From assembly GCA_964016885.1 (NCBI GenBank), contig OZ024760.1, positions 20,584,001 to 20,648,000 of the forward strand: a stretch of DNA of 64,000 bases. The letters are read 5' to 3'. Numbering within the stretch: position 1 is the stretch's first letter; the number at the start of each line of letters is the position of its first letter. Made by a program: the position numbers and the translations under genes. This DNA comes from Eledone cirrhosa (Eukaryota). Below the pieces are notes generated by a model. That model searched no databases. It worked only from the letters and a program-made list of their open reading frames with translations, and was not told where the DNA came from. Below, piece after piece: positions 1-10,900 of this stretch.

Positions 1-266
1 ATTACAGTATTAGAGTAAAAACTTCATGTTGAACCCTTTTGTTATGATGAAAGACCCTGCCTATTGTTTTCAAATGATTTTGAAAATAATCAAGAATTCA
101 GATGGATTAAGTAATTACAGACTTTCTCATTAATTTGGTTTTTGAAACGACTTAAAAAAAGGTTCTTTTATAAAATTGTGCTGAAAGGTTTATAGCTGAA
201 CATTATAAATACTTAGCTATAAATGTATAGGTTTACTTTGTTTTAAAACCCATTTGTTTCCATATA

Positions 267-342
267 AATTGACTGTGATGCAATACTTTAGGATTAGGTA
301 ATATGAACATTGATGATTTATAACTTTTGACTGAGTCAATTT
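267..342 (+). ncRNA. Orphan box C/D snoRNA candidate, copy 1
   Basis: Stem aattgac/gtcaatt, box C-like GTGATGC, D' ATGA, C' TGATGA, box D CTGA (331-334); inside an RPL7A intron. Confidence 0.7.
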
Positions 343-975
343 ATTAAAACATAATAGGTTTTATTTCATATCTATGAGATGGATGTATTTTGACGGGTTC
401 TTGTATATTATTATAAGATATTAACTCCTTTGTTACCATATTTCTGGCTGAGAGGATGTGAGATTTGATTCCTTATAGTGACTAATGGTAACAACTATTC
501 TTATCTAAGTTTGAACTTTGCATGTGATGTTTACATTTTCAAATCTGTTTGATACAGTCAGCTCCCTAATTTAGATGGTAAAATGTTGTCAGATCCCTTA
601 ACTGAAGGAGGTTAACTTTGCTTTCTCTGACTGATGAAATTTGTTTATATATACATTCTTTCTGAGCTTTGAAATAGATATCCTTTTGTTTGTAGACTAT
701 ATTCTTTATAGTTGATCCTTTTGTTTGTAGACTATATTCTCCATGGTTGATCCTTTTCAATTAAGGTTTTAAATTAGGGAATTTGGGCTGGGCCTTTCTA
801 ATTACCCAAGAAATCTCTTGAGATATGCAAGGGCAGCTAAATCTGCTTATGTGTAAGCTGTACATTTCATTTCAAGAAAGATAGGAAATTATTGCATTCA
901 ATACCACTCTCTGGGAGTCACACTCTTTGAAATTGAAGAAGTCAGTGTTAAGTGTAAGATCTGTTACCATAGAAA

Positions 976-1039
976 CTGACTGATGGCAATATTTTAGGGT
1001 TATTTGAGAATTTTTAAAATGTAATGCTTGACTGAGTCA
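976..1039 (+). ncRNA. Diverged paralog of the orphan C/D snoRNA
   Basis: tgac-TGATGGcaatattttagggtta...ttgaCTGA-gtca; resembles 267-342 at both ends. Confidence 0.45.
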
Positions 1040-1274
1040 CTAGTAAAATACGATGTTTGGTTCCTTGTAGTGACAGCTGGCAGCTCCCTTTTCCATTTAT
1101 AAGGGCCAGTGTTTCGTTTCGTAAGTTTGATGCTTGTTTACTTGTTCAATTCAGTCAGTTCCCTAATTTAGATGGGACTCATAGCGTGCAATATCACTGT
1201 CTGGTGTTCTTTAGACTTTGGGAAATTGAGGAATTCGGTGTAAGTTCTACTGAACTGTGTGTGTTTCTATGTTG

Positions 1275-1405
1275 ATGGAGGAGTGCTGCACACTTGTACA
1301 CTCTGGTACATTTGTACGTAAAACTCTTCCTATATTAAACTATGGCAGTTGTAGGACACTGGTCATTTCTATATGTAACTGGTGATTTAAATATCTGTCA
1401 CATTC
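1275..1405 (+). ncRNA. Box H/ACA snoRNA candidate
   Basis: Hairpin 1 ggaggagt/actcttcc, H box ATATTA (1332-1337), hairpin 2 ggcag/ctgtc with internal loop, ACA (1400-1402) plus 3 nt; ~130 nt. Confidence 0.6.
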
Positions 1406-1586
1406 TTTTTTATAAGAAACCTACTTAGACGGTGAAGATTGGTGTGTAATTTTACACACGATTAAATATAACAATTTTCTCACTAATTTGGTTTTGGGGA
1501 CATAACTTAAAACAGGTTCTTTGATAAAATTGTTCTAAACGATTTACTTTGTTTTAGGGAGAAATAAAACCCATCTGTTTCCATAT

Positions 1587-1662
1587 AAATTGACTGTGAT
1601 GCAATACTTTAGGATTAGGTAATATGAACATTGATGATTTTACTTTTTGACTGAGTCAATTT
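1587..1662 (+). ncRNA. Orphan box C/D snoRNA candidate, copy 2
   Basis: Near-identical to 267-342 with boxes and terminal stem intact. Confidence 0.7.
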
Positions 1663-2177
1663 ATTGAAACATACTGGGTTTTATTTCATATCTATGAGAT
1701 GGATGTATTTTGACTGGTTCTTGTATATTATTAGAAGATATTAACTCCTTTGTTACCATATTTCTGGCTGAGAGGATGTGAGATTTGATTCCTTATAGTG
1801 ACTAATGGCAACTAAGTTTAGCTTTGCCTGTGATGTTTACCTTTTCAAACCTGTTTGATCAGTCAGCTCCCTAATTTAGATGGTAAAATGTTGTCAGAGG
1901 TCAATGGTTAGAGTACTGCTGCTGTGTGGGATTTGATGTTTGAGTCCCTGTAGTAACTGCTAGTAACTCTTCTGTCTCTAGGTCTTTACCTGATTTTATA
2001 AATTATTTATAGCAACTGACTAGTTATTTTTCCACCTCAGCATACTACATTCTCTCCATTTATGTATGTGTATGTGTGTATATATATCTTGCACTACTTG
2101 AATACACCACAACTCACTATTGCTTTTCCTCCACTATTCCCTTCTTACTTTCACCTTCTCCATCTCACCAGTCTCTT

Positions 2178-2213
2178 TCTTCTGATAAAGGACTAGCATC
2201 TGAAACGTTAAGA
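2178..2213 (+). ncRNA. Degenerate minimal hammerhead ribozyme motif
   Basis: tctt-CTGATAA-aggactagcatct-GAAAcgtt-aaga; the core has A where CTGANGA has G. Confidence 0.5.
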
Positions 2214-2500
2214 CCCTCTTGCTGCTATTTTTTAGTTTATACCTTTTATATACATATATATATAAGTAACATCTCACTGTATTTGAACCTTAGCATCATG
2301 TGGTTTGAGCTGAGGCCAAGCAACAGTGTAACATAAAAATATCAGCTCTATAATCTCGGCATCCACATTGACAGGTTTGTCGATTTAGGAACTGCTTACA
2401 TGTTTAAAATATTACAATCATCCTGTTTAACTCTTAACCTCGTGTTATCATTCCAGCTGTTACAGTATTTTATCTAAAATTAAATAAAATTTCTCTCCAG

Positions 2501-2650
2501 GTCAGGATATCCAGCCGAAACGAGATCTTACACGTTTTGTGAAATGGCCCCGTTATGTGAAGATCCAGCGACAAAGGGCAGTCCTCTACAAGCGCCTCAA
2601 AGTTCCACCACCAATTAATCAGTTCAGACAAAATCTTAGCAAGGAATTAG
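2501..2650 (+). CDS. RPL7A: 60S ribosomal protein L7a (eL8), internal coding exon
   Basis: ttctctccag acceptor, gtatgt donor; encodes (G)[49 protein letters not shown], a conserved eL8 segment. Upstream exons lie left of the window. Confidence 0.97.
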
Positions 2651-2890
2651 GTATGTACATCTTCCTGCTCTCTTGACTATATTTTCATGGTAGAGGCTTT
2701 TCTTCACATCAAATCTATGAGATTTTGATTTATTTTGAGAACAGTACCATAATATATGCAAAGTTGAGCTCAGAACATTACAAAGCAATCCGATGTTCTA
2801 ATGACTCAATTTGCAACCTCTTTAGATGAATATATTTTAAACCCAGCGGCAGTTTATATTTGTTACAGGATTTGTTTTTCTTTATTGCAG

Positions 2891-3111
2891 CAACTCAATT
2901 GTTTAGACTTCTGGATAAATATCGTCCAGAAACAAAACACCAGAAGAAAGCACGTCTGAGGTCTCGTGCTGAGAAACGAGCTTCAGGTAAAGCAGACACC
3001 CCAACAAAACGCCCCCCAGTTGTTAGGTCTGGAGCCAACACTGTGACCACCCTTATAGAACAGAAAGCAGCCCAGTTAGTTGTCATTGCCCATGATGTTG
3101 ATCCTGTTGAG
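2891..3111 (+). CDS. RPL7A: RPL7A coding exon
   Basis: ttgcag acceptor, gtaagt donor; [23 protein letters not shown]...[14 protein letters not shown], in phase with the previous exon. Confidence 0.97.
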
Positions 3112-3741
3112 GTAAGTTTTTATTTTATTTCCTCCTCGTCTCCATTACATTAATAAGTGTTGGGTCTTGTTTATCTGAAATGTGGTGAATAATCCTTTAA
3201 CATTTACAATACTCTATATTTTCACAGAACAATAGCTTAACATAAGTATGAGTGGCTGGTTTGAACAAAAAGAGGTGAGAGAATTCTGGCCGGTCTAAAT
3301 GCTAAAGGGTTAAGTATAGGGCCTGTTCATCCGAAATGTGAATCAGCATATGTAGTTGTTCTGGTGCCCCTGTGTAATGGTGGATTTGAGGACCAAGAAC
3401 TTAACCTTGCAGTGTTTGTTCTGGGTTAACTCCTAGTGTGGCTTGGGAGGTAAACATGAGTTGCTTTGTTTTACACACATCTGTGGTCACTTGACTCATT
3501 GGGCCTTCCATATGTGGCCATGGAAAATAAACATTAGATGGTGATGGAAGAATGGCAATTGTAGTAGACAATGTCAAACTCCTATCATCTCTCTCTCTCT
3601 CGCTCTCTCTCAAATGTCTACATGTATGTATGTCTCTCTCCATAATGGATTTTCATCAGATGCCGACTATTTCTGTTTTGCTTAGGTTGTCTGACAGTTA
3701 GCATTAGTTATATTTCATACAAGATTACTGTGAGATGCTCA

Positions 3742-3828
3742 GACTTGGATAATGATGATGATAAAACTTATCAGATTTCTATATGGTGATAATACAATTA
3801 CTACCAACCGAGATCTCTGAGTCCAGTC
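3742..3828 (+). ncRNA. SNORD24: U24 (SNORD24)-like C/D snoRNA, copy 1
   Basis: ATGATGA...ATGGTGATA...ACCAACCGAGATCT-CTGA with terminal stem; guide resembles the U24 element ACCACCAAGATC; RPL7A is the known U24 host. Confidence 0.75.
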
Positions 3829-4616
3829 AGGAGCTGTATTGTCTATAGCAGGCATGTCAAACTGAGGGCCACACACGTCAACTAATTTTATGAAGATAAA
3901 ACATGCTATCATCATCATTGTTTAACGTCTATCTTCCACGCTAGCATGGATTAGACGGGGAGTTTTCCTACTTGAGGCAAGATTGGTCGGGTGACCGTGT
4001 CTCACTCGTATAGGACTATCTGGCAGGTTTTCTACGGTTGGATGCCCTTCCTAACACCAACCACATTTACAGTGTGGATCCTAACACCAACCACATTTAT
4101 ACTGTAAAAACCATTGTCGTCCGCAGGTGTACTTGACATGCCTGGTCTATAGCACTTTGTCACCTGTGGTGTCTAGGACTATTTCTGTAGTGGTGTTATG
4201 CCTTTCGATAACTGAATATAATATGGTTCGAGTTTCCTATAATCTTTTGATGCTATATTTCAAATTATCTTAAGATAATCAAATAAGAATTTGGAGGGAT
4301 TTAGTAATATGTTTAGAACTTATAGGGTTCTATCATAGTATTATGATTGGGCTGGGGGTTAAACGAAAACTTTGTATCATAGAAAGGCCAAGGGTGGTTT
4401 TGGGTGATTTACAAGTGTTGACGTGATATGTAGCCCCAGTGTTTTGGTGGGGCTGATAATCTGGTTCAAAGGCAGAGAATTGGCAGTACAATACGGGGGG
4501 TATTCTTTATCTAGAAGAAATAGGCTGTTCTGACCTAGAGATGGACAGGTTCCGACGGGTTTAAAGTGTCCATGGTGGGTCTCTTTTTTTTTTTTTATAA
4601 AAGAAAGTTTCCAAAC

Positions 4617-4699
4617 TGGACAATGATGAAAGAAACATGTCAGCTACATCTCCATGGTGATATCTCTCATTTTACTACCATCCGAGATATCTGAGTCCA
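4617..4699 (+). ncRNA. SNORD24: U24-like snoRNA, copy 2
   Basis: tggac/gtcca stem, ATGATGA, guide CCGAGATAT (one substitution) then CTGA. Confidence 0.7.
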
Positions 4700-5231
4700 A
4701 TATTGGTTAGATTTTGCAGGGTACGGAGAGGCTTTACAAACCATCCAACTGTTGCTAGTAATAAAAACTGTTGTTAAATGATAATGATGAACATTATTTA
4801 TATCGTAGTTTAGCAATATTTATATAAGATGGTTGTAATGGTGTATTTTATGAGTCTACCATTGTTTGTAATATTTGATATTAGCAATATTTATATATTT
4901 CACCTACAATTATAGAATTTGGGTTTGTTAGTCACTAATTTCTTGTGTAAGCTCCGGATTATCTCCCTTGGAACCGCGTAAACCTATCTTTGGTCGGTCA
5001 GTCTGGCTAATTCCTCAGCTTGCAATCTGAGTGTGTCTGGTTTCTGATTGTTTTCCTGTGACTTTAGTATATGGGTTATCTCTCTTGCAACCATAATACA
5101 ACCTTTTATACCAAGATAATATCTCTATTTAGAAGAAATAGGCTGTTCTGACCGAGAGACGGACAGGTTCCAACGGGTTTAAAGTGTCCATGGTGGGTCT
5201 TTTTTTTTTTTATAAAAGAAAGTTTCCAAAC

Positions 5232-5312
5232 TGGACAATGATGAAAGAAAAATGTCAGCTACATCTACATGGTGATATCTCATTTTACTACCATCCGAGA
5301 TCTCTGAGTCCA
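5232..5312 (+). ncRNA. SNORD24: U24-like snoRNA, copy 3
   Basis: tggac/gtcca stem, ATGATGA, ACTACCATCCGAGATCT-CTGA. Confidence 0.75.
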
Positions 5313-5841
5313 ATATTGGTTAGATTTTGCAGGGTACGGAGGGGCTTTACAAACCATCCAACTGTTGCTAGCAATAAAAACTGTTGTTAAATGATAATGA
5401 TGAACATTATTTATATCGTAGTTTAGCAATATTTATATAAGATGGTTGTAATGGTGTATTTTATGAGTCTACCATTGTTTGTAATATTTGATATTAGCAA
5501 TATTTATATATTTCACCTACAATTATAGAATTTGGGTTTGTTAGTCACTAATTTCTCGTGTAAGCTCCGGATTATCTCCCTTGGAACCGCGTAAACCTAT
5601 CTTTGGTCGGTCAGTCTGGCTAATTCCTCAGCTTGCAATCTGAGTGTGTCTGGTTTCTGATTGTTTTCTTGTGACTTTAGTATATGGGTTATCTCTCTTG
5701 CAACCATAATACAACCTTTTATACCAAGATAATATCTCTATTTAGAAGAAATAGGTTGTTCTGACCAAGAGACGGACAGGTTCCAACGGGTTTAAAGTGT
5801 CCATTGTGGGTTTTTTTTAAAATAAAAGAAAGTTTCCAAAC

Positions 5842-5922
5842 TGGACAATGATGAAAGAAAAATGTCAGCTACATCTACATGGTGATATCTCATTTTACTA
5901 CCATCCGAGATCTCTGAGTCCA
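5842..5922 (+). ncRNA. SNORD24: U24-like snoRNA, copy 4
   Basis: Essentially identical to copy 3. Confidence 0.75.
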
Positions 5923-6541
5923 ATATTGGTTAGATTTTGCAGGATAGGGAGGGGCTTTACAAACCATCCAACTGTTGCTAGCAATAAAAACTGTTGTTAA
6001 ATGATAATGATGAACATTATTTATATCGTAGTTTAGCAATATTTATATAAGATGGTTGTAATGGTGTATTTTATGAGTCTACCATTGTTTGTAATATTTG
6101 ATATTAGCAATATTTATATATTTCACCTACAATTATAGAATTTGGGTTTGTTAGTCACTAATTTCTCGTGTAAGCTCCGGATTATCTCCCTTGGAACCGC
6201 GTAAACCTATCATAAACTTTGTTTTTAGTTCTTTGGTCGGTCAGTCTGGCTAATTCCTCAGCTTGCAATCTGAGTGTGTCTGGTTTCTGATTGTATTCTT
6301 GTGACTTTAGTATATGGGTTCTCTCTCTTGCAACCATAATACAACCTTTTATACCAAGATAATATCTCTTGGTGTTTCATTACTTAGTGACTAAATTTTC
6401 CATGATTAAGATCAGTTATTTTCTTTGCAGCCATAGTATTCCTCTCTTGGTATAAATTATACACACCAAGGTTAAACACTTCGATAGGGGTGGGGTGTAT
6501 CTAGAAAGAAAACCTGCCAAACAAAGGACATGGTGTAACCA

Positions 6542-6624
6542 AACTGGATGGTGATGAAAACAACATCTACAGCTACATCTACATGGTGATAACTCATTTA
6601 CTACCGAGATCTCTGAGTCCAGTT
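6542..6624 (+). ncRNA. SNORD24: U24-like snoRNA, copy 5
   Basis: aactgga/tccagtt stem, GTGATGA, ACTACCGAGATCT-CTGA. Confidence 0.75.
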
Positions 6625-7121
6625 GTTAGACCCTTTCAATATTCTATTTCTATTAAAAGACAGCACTTGGGGTGGTATTTTCACTTTGCAGATGCTGCAT
6701 GAGGTGATGTCTAGTAATATTAACATGCTTAGGACCTGTGACTATTGTAATTGTAGTGGCACCATCTTTTTAAAAAACTGGCAGATCCCATCTCCAGGTT
6801 GGATCACTGCCAATTTCTTCCAGAGAAGGAGAGGAAGTGATCTGGCGAAAGAATTTTGTGATTATTTCATAGTTTGAGAAATGTCCTTAACTATAATTAT
6901 GTTGCTATAACTTTTTTTTTTTTTGATAAATATAAACAGTTTAAAAATAAATTTAAAATATTGGTGTTATTTATTTGTCAGGATAACCTTTAAATAAATA
7001 TTAGCAACTCTTTTGATTTGGCAGTAGGAGTGATTGAGTATATTTTTGTTGATTTTCTATGTAAAGTTTGGCCCGTATCCACTGTAAAGTTTATCCCCTG
7101 TCCAGTAGCACTGACATAGAT

Positions 7122-7199
7122 TTGACCACAATGATGCAAACAAGAATTTCTTCACCTGAATCATAAATATTGATGTTATTGTGACTTCTGAGTGGTCAA
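7122..7199 (+). ncRNA. SNORD36: U36C (SNORD36)-like C/D snoRNA
   Basis: ttgaccac/gtggtcaa stem, ATGATGC, guide AAGAATTTCTTCAC with D' CTGA (matches recalled vertebrate U36C; antisense to LSU GTGAAGAAATTC), C' TGATGT, D CTGA. Confidence 0.85.
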
Positions 7200-7463
7200 T
7201 ACTAATTATCTAATTAATTATTATTAAAACTGTTGATTCATATGATATATGTCTATATTCTGGATCACACTGTCACCAACATTTTACCTGGTATATTTTA
7301 TCCACCACCACTACTTTACACAGTGTACTGGGTGTATTTTATCATCTCACGACCACTGCTACTTTACAGAGTGTACTGGGTGTATTTTAACATGTCACCA
7401 CCACTGTTCTAAGTCTATGCATTGTTGGCATTCAATGTTAACCCATTTCTATAAATATTTCAG

Positions 7464-7594
7464 CTTGTGCTCTTCATGCCTGCACTGTGTCGTAAAACTG
7501 ACGTCCCATACTGTATTGTAAAAGGAAAGGCTCGTCTTGGTAGAGTTGTAAACACCAAAACTTGTACCTGTCTTGCCATCACCGACACCTACCC
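7464..7594 (+). CDS. RPL7A: RPL7A coding exon
   Basis: tttcag acceptor, gtgagt donor; [44 protein letters not shown] (L7Ae domain motif). Confidence 0.97.
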
Positions 7595-8378
7595 GTGAGT
7601 ACTGCTTTTATTGCTCCTTCACACACACACACATTTATTTCTCAACTATAACAATGCACCAACTATGTTTGTATAATTGTATTTATATACATACACACGT
7701 CTATCTGAGAGTATTGTTCATTTTTTCTGAACAATGTATACACACTTCAACATAATAATATTGCCTGTACAGGTAATCAAAGTGTATATATATTGGGGGG
7801 GGGGGGGGTACTCTATGTATGTATGTGTATATATATATACACATGTTTATCCGTGAGTATTCATTGTCCCAACTGTATTGCAAGTGTACCGTGTGTGTGT
7901 GTATATATATATATATTTGTATGTGTGTGTGTATATATATATATGTATCAAAAAATAAGGGGTGATGATACCTTAGATCAATTTGTTAAGTATACAGCTA
8001 GAGTATACATATATTTTAGCAGGTTAATCTGTTGGTGGTGGTGTGGTCATTCATGATACCATTGATTATGTTCTCACCTAGGCTGGACACGTATTTAGAT
8101 GGTTAATCCCCGTCATTGTGTGTGTGTGGGGGGGGGGTGTTAGTGGTATATTTGCATGGGGTGGTGTGGTCATCATGATACTATAGATGGTAAATATACA
8201 CCTAGACTAGATACATTTAGAAGGTTAATCTGTCTGTTCTCTATGGTGGTATTTCTGTTGGGGTCGAAGATGGTGGTGTGGTGTGGCCTTTCATCTCTCA
8301 AGTAAAAAGCCTCTCGCAGTGTTCCAATGCTCATTATCAATATGTCTGTTTATTACTAATTTTACATTCTTATTTCAG

Positions 8379-8448
8379 GGAAGACAAGACAAATTTGAAT
8401 AACTTAATCACAGCAATCAGGACAGATTTCAATGATAGGTTTGAAGAG
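8379..8448 (+). CDS. RPL7A: RPL7A coding exon
   Basis: tttcag acceptor, gtcagc donor; EDKTNLNNLITAIRTDFNDRFEE, phase compatible. Confidence 0.95.
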
Positions 8449-8479
8449 GTCAGCATTTTATTTATTTTCCATATTTTTC

Positions 8480-9420
8480 TTTCCTTCCGTCTAAACTGTT
8501 TTTATCTTTTTACCAGAGTTTTAGAAATGGAATACATTCAGGATAATATTTCCTGTTAAATGTCTTTGTCCAAATATTCCTGGGTGGGGTCAGTACTCCA
8601 GCATACCTTCCAATTGGGCCTGTCTGAAGTCTCCATTTGATCCAGAATTGTCTAGGTCTATAGTTGAACTGTTAAATGTAGGTCTCGTGTATGTCTACAA
8701 AGTAGTCAGTGTTGAAACAGTTATTGCAAAGATCATTTGGCCATTTTCTTTTGGTATATTCCAGTCTTGGAAATTGTTTTATACCGAACATAATATTTAC
8801 AGTAAAAAATGCTTGCATTTCCGCAGCATCTGTCGGGTGCCAAATAGATCGTGTTTTCTTCAATTTGAAATCTGTTGGGCATATCGATTAAACTCTTCTG
8901 CCACAACTTTGAAGAAAGCATCGGGAGCTAATGTGTGTGTGTGGACCATTTTGAATAAAATCAGGAACATATATTGGTGCAGTATTTTTCAACCACGTTG
9001 CTGTAATATTTTCAATGGCATCCTGGAGATCTCTCTCATTTTCACTTTCAATCGTCGGATGAAATTTCAGAAATGTAAACATGATTCATTTGAAGATAAA
9101 TCACTAATATTATCTTTTGTTTCTTGTTCATTCTGAATGTCATCGTGTGTAAAACCTTCAAAGTCGGTATCGCTTCTTTCACAAGCCATGTTGATACACA
9201 AAATATCTGTTCTACTTTCAACGTTAAAAAACACATTGTTTTACTATATTAAGTGTTAATTTTCGCGGTAAGGGCCTAATCTTGCAGTCATCTCGAATTG
9301 ACAAGATTTTGATGACAGTATTGTTTATTTTTAGAATGATATTTTAGTGTGGGTGTTATCGGTTGGTTTGAACACATGAAGGTGAAATAATTTGGGGCGG
9401 TTTGAACACTAAAGGGTTAA
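8480..9420 (-). mobile_element. Degenerate piggyBac-like transposon (PGBD4-like fragment)
   Basis: Minus-strand WHPTDAAEMQAFFTVNIMFGIKQFPRLEY resembles the piggyBac transposase N-terminal region; frameshifted; ends in aaagggTTAA at 9420. Confidence 0.7.
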
Positions 9421-9671
9421 ATCATTATATGATGTTGAGTTATTCAGTTTTTTGATGAAGGTAAATATATTAAGAACTACTTACAGACAATATCAGAGTT
9501 AATGATCAGTGAGTGAAGTGTCTTTATACACAACTACTTTTAGAAATACTAAATTATTGAGGTTATTTTGTGAGTGTGGGAGGTTTACTTGGAGAATTAT
9601 ATCAGTGTTTTTTAAGTTTTAATGTGGTTATTTAATCTAATCTAATCTTAATAATTTTTATTTCTTTTCAG

Positions 9672-9776
9672 ATTCGCCGTCATTGGGGTGGTGGTATTCT
9701 GGGTTGCAAGTCCCGGGCAAAACTGAGCAAGTTGGAGAGAGTACGTGCTAAAGAAATAGCACAGAAATTGGGTTAA
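9672..9776 (+). CDS. RPL7A: RPL7A last coding exon
   Basis: ttttcag acceptor; [34 protein letters not shown] then TAA. Confidence 0.97.
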   Translation: MRRHWGGGILGCKSRAKLSKLERVRAKEIAQKLG

Positions 9777-9803
9777 AGATATTTTTTTTGCTGAATTATC
9801 AGA

Positions 9804-9809
9804 AATAAA
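9804..9809 (+). terminator. RPL7A polyadenylation signal
   Basis: AATAAA 27 nt after the stop codon, followed by a GT/T-rich tract. Confidence 0.8.
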
Positions 9810-9915
9810 TACTACAGAAAAGAAATGTTGTTTTCTTATTTTTGTAAAGCTTTTTTGTATTTATCTGAAAACCTTGTCATAATTTTATGACTTGGGCTCC
9901 AAATATCAGCTCAAA

Positions 9916-10105
9916 TAATTGTTTCTATTTTTGGCACAAGGCCAGCAATTATTCCAGTGTATTACTGGTACTTTATTTTATCGACCCCGTGAAGATGAAA
10001 GGCAAAGTTAACCTCGACGGGATTTGAACTCACCATAAAGGGCCGTAACTCTTTGCTGCAAAGCATGGCGTCCAACCCTCTACCGATACTGCCAATCCAC
10101 CGCCC
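9916..10105 (-). mobile_element. SINE family C copy (others ~13250-13400, 14092-14283 (+), 29662-29830, 41327-41705 as two copies, 55440-55606, 56940-57125)
   Basis: Dispersed ~190-bp repeat with B-box-like gagttcaaatccc and tail cttgtgcctaaagtagaaacaattatt. Confidence 0.8.
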
Positions 10106-10573
10106 ATCAGTTTAAATAATGAATTAATGAAGGAAATTCAAAACTCTTTATTCTCTCTTCTCTCATACATATATGAGAGGAAAGGTATCCACAATTGTGG
10201 CACCTTGTCTTCTAGCCTCTGATTGACTGATGAGGAATCAATCCAAGGGCTTTCATGTATATCTGTATAGTCACACAGCTTGTGGGATGGGAAGGGCTTT
10301 TCAATTGTGTCATAGACATGGCAGCATCATCAGCCCATACATACACACTAACACCCAACAGTGTACACGACTGTTATGTTGAGATTTATATATATGTGTG
10401 TATATAGACTAGGACCATTATCTAGAGGTGGAATTTATATATACATATACTGAGTTGGGTTTTGGGATTATATATATTATAGAATACACAGGGCCGTTAT
10501 GTAGAGTTTGTGTTTATATATATGTACCACTACCAAACTACACAGCTGGGGTTTGTGATTTATATACATAAAT

Positions 10574-10900
10574 GGAGGCACATGGCTTAGTGGTTAGAGC
10601 ATTGGCCTTGCAATCGAAAGGTTGTGAGTTCAATTCTCAGACCGGGTGATGTGTTGTTTCCTTGAGCAAGACATTTATTTCACATTGCTCCAGTTTACTC
10701 AGCTGTAGAAATGAGATGATAGGGCTGGGGTCCCTATAATTCCACTGCAAAGTGGTCGTGGGGGTGCCACGGCAAAAAAGCACCCAGCACTCACTGTAAA
10801 TGAGGTTGGTGTTAGGAAGGGCATCCAGCTGTAGAAATCAAGCCAGAATCAGTTCCTGTCCCACCCTTGCAAGCAGGGAAAAAGCGGACGTAAAAAATGA
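10574..10900 (+). mobile_element. tRNA-derived CORE-like SINE family A (others 16103-16435 (-), 21157-21482 (-), 30498-30842 (-), 30867-31030 (+, partial), 39187-39523 (+))
   Basis: A box tggcttagtggtt, B box gagttcaattc, CORE-like ccttgagcaagacactt...gctgtagaaatg, and a 3' tail shared with the RTE LINE ending in (ATG)n in most copies. Confidence 0.88.

Larger units (their letters stand above)
123..1898 (+). repeat. Direct intronic duplication (~123-592 vs ~1475-1898)
   Basis: Long near-identical blocks about 1.32 kb apart, with an older partial copy at ~955-1180. Confidence 0.9.
4512..6369 (+). repeat. Tandem triplication, ~615-bp unit
   Basis: Unit start tagaagaaatagg at 4512, 5130 and 5743; units near-identical; the third has a ~20-nt insertion near 6211. 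Confidence 0.95.

Noticed and set aside
628-685. CTGATGA...CTGA / GAAA as a snoRNA or hammerhead
   Set aside because: Too short for a C/D RNA and lacks convincing stems I and II.
10574-10650. tRNA gene
   Set aside because: tRNA-like SINE head without a proper acceptor stem; runs directly into the SINE body.
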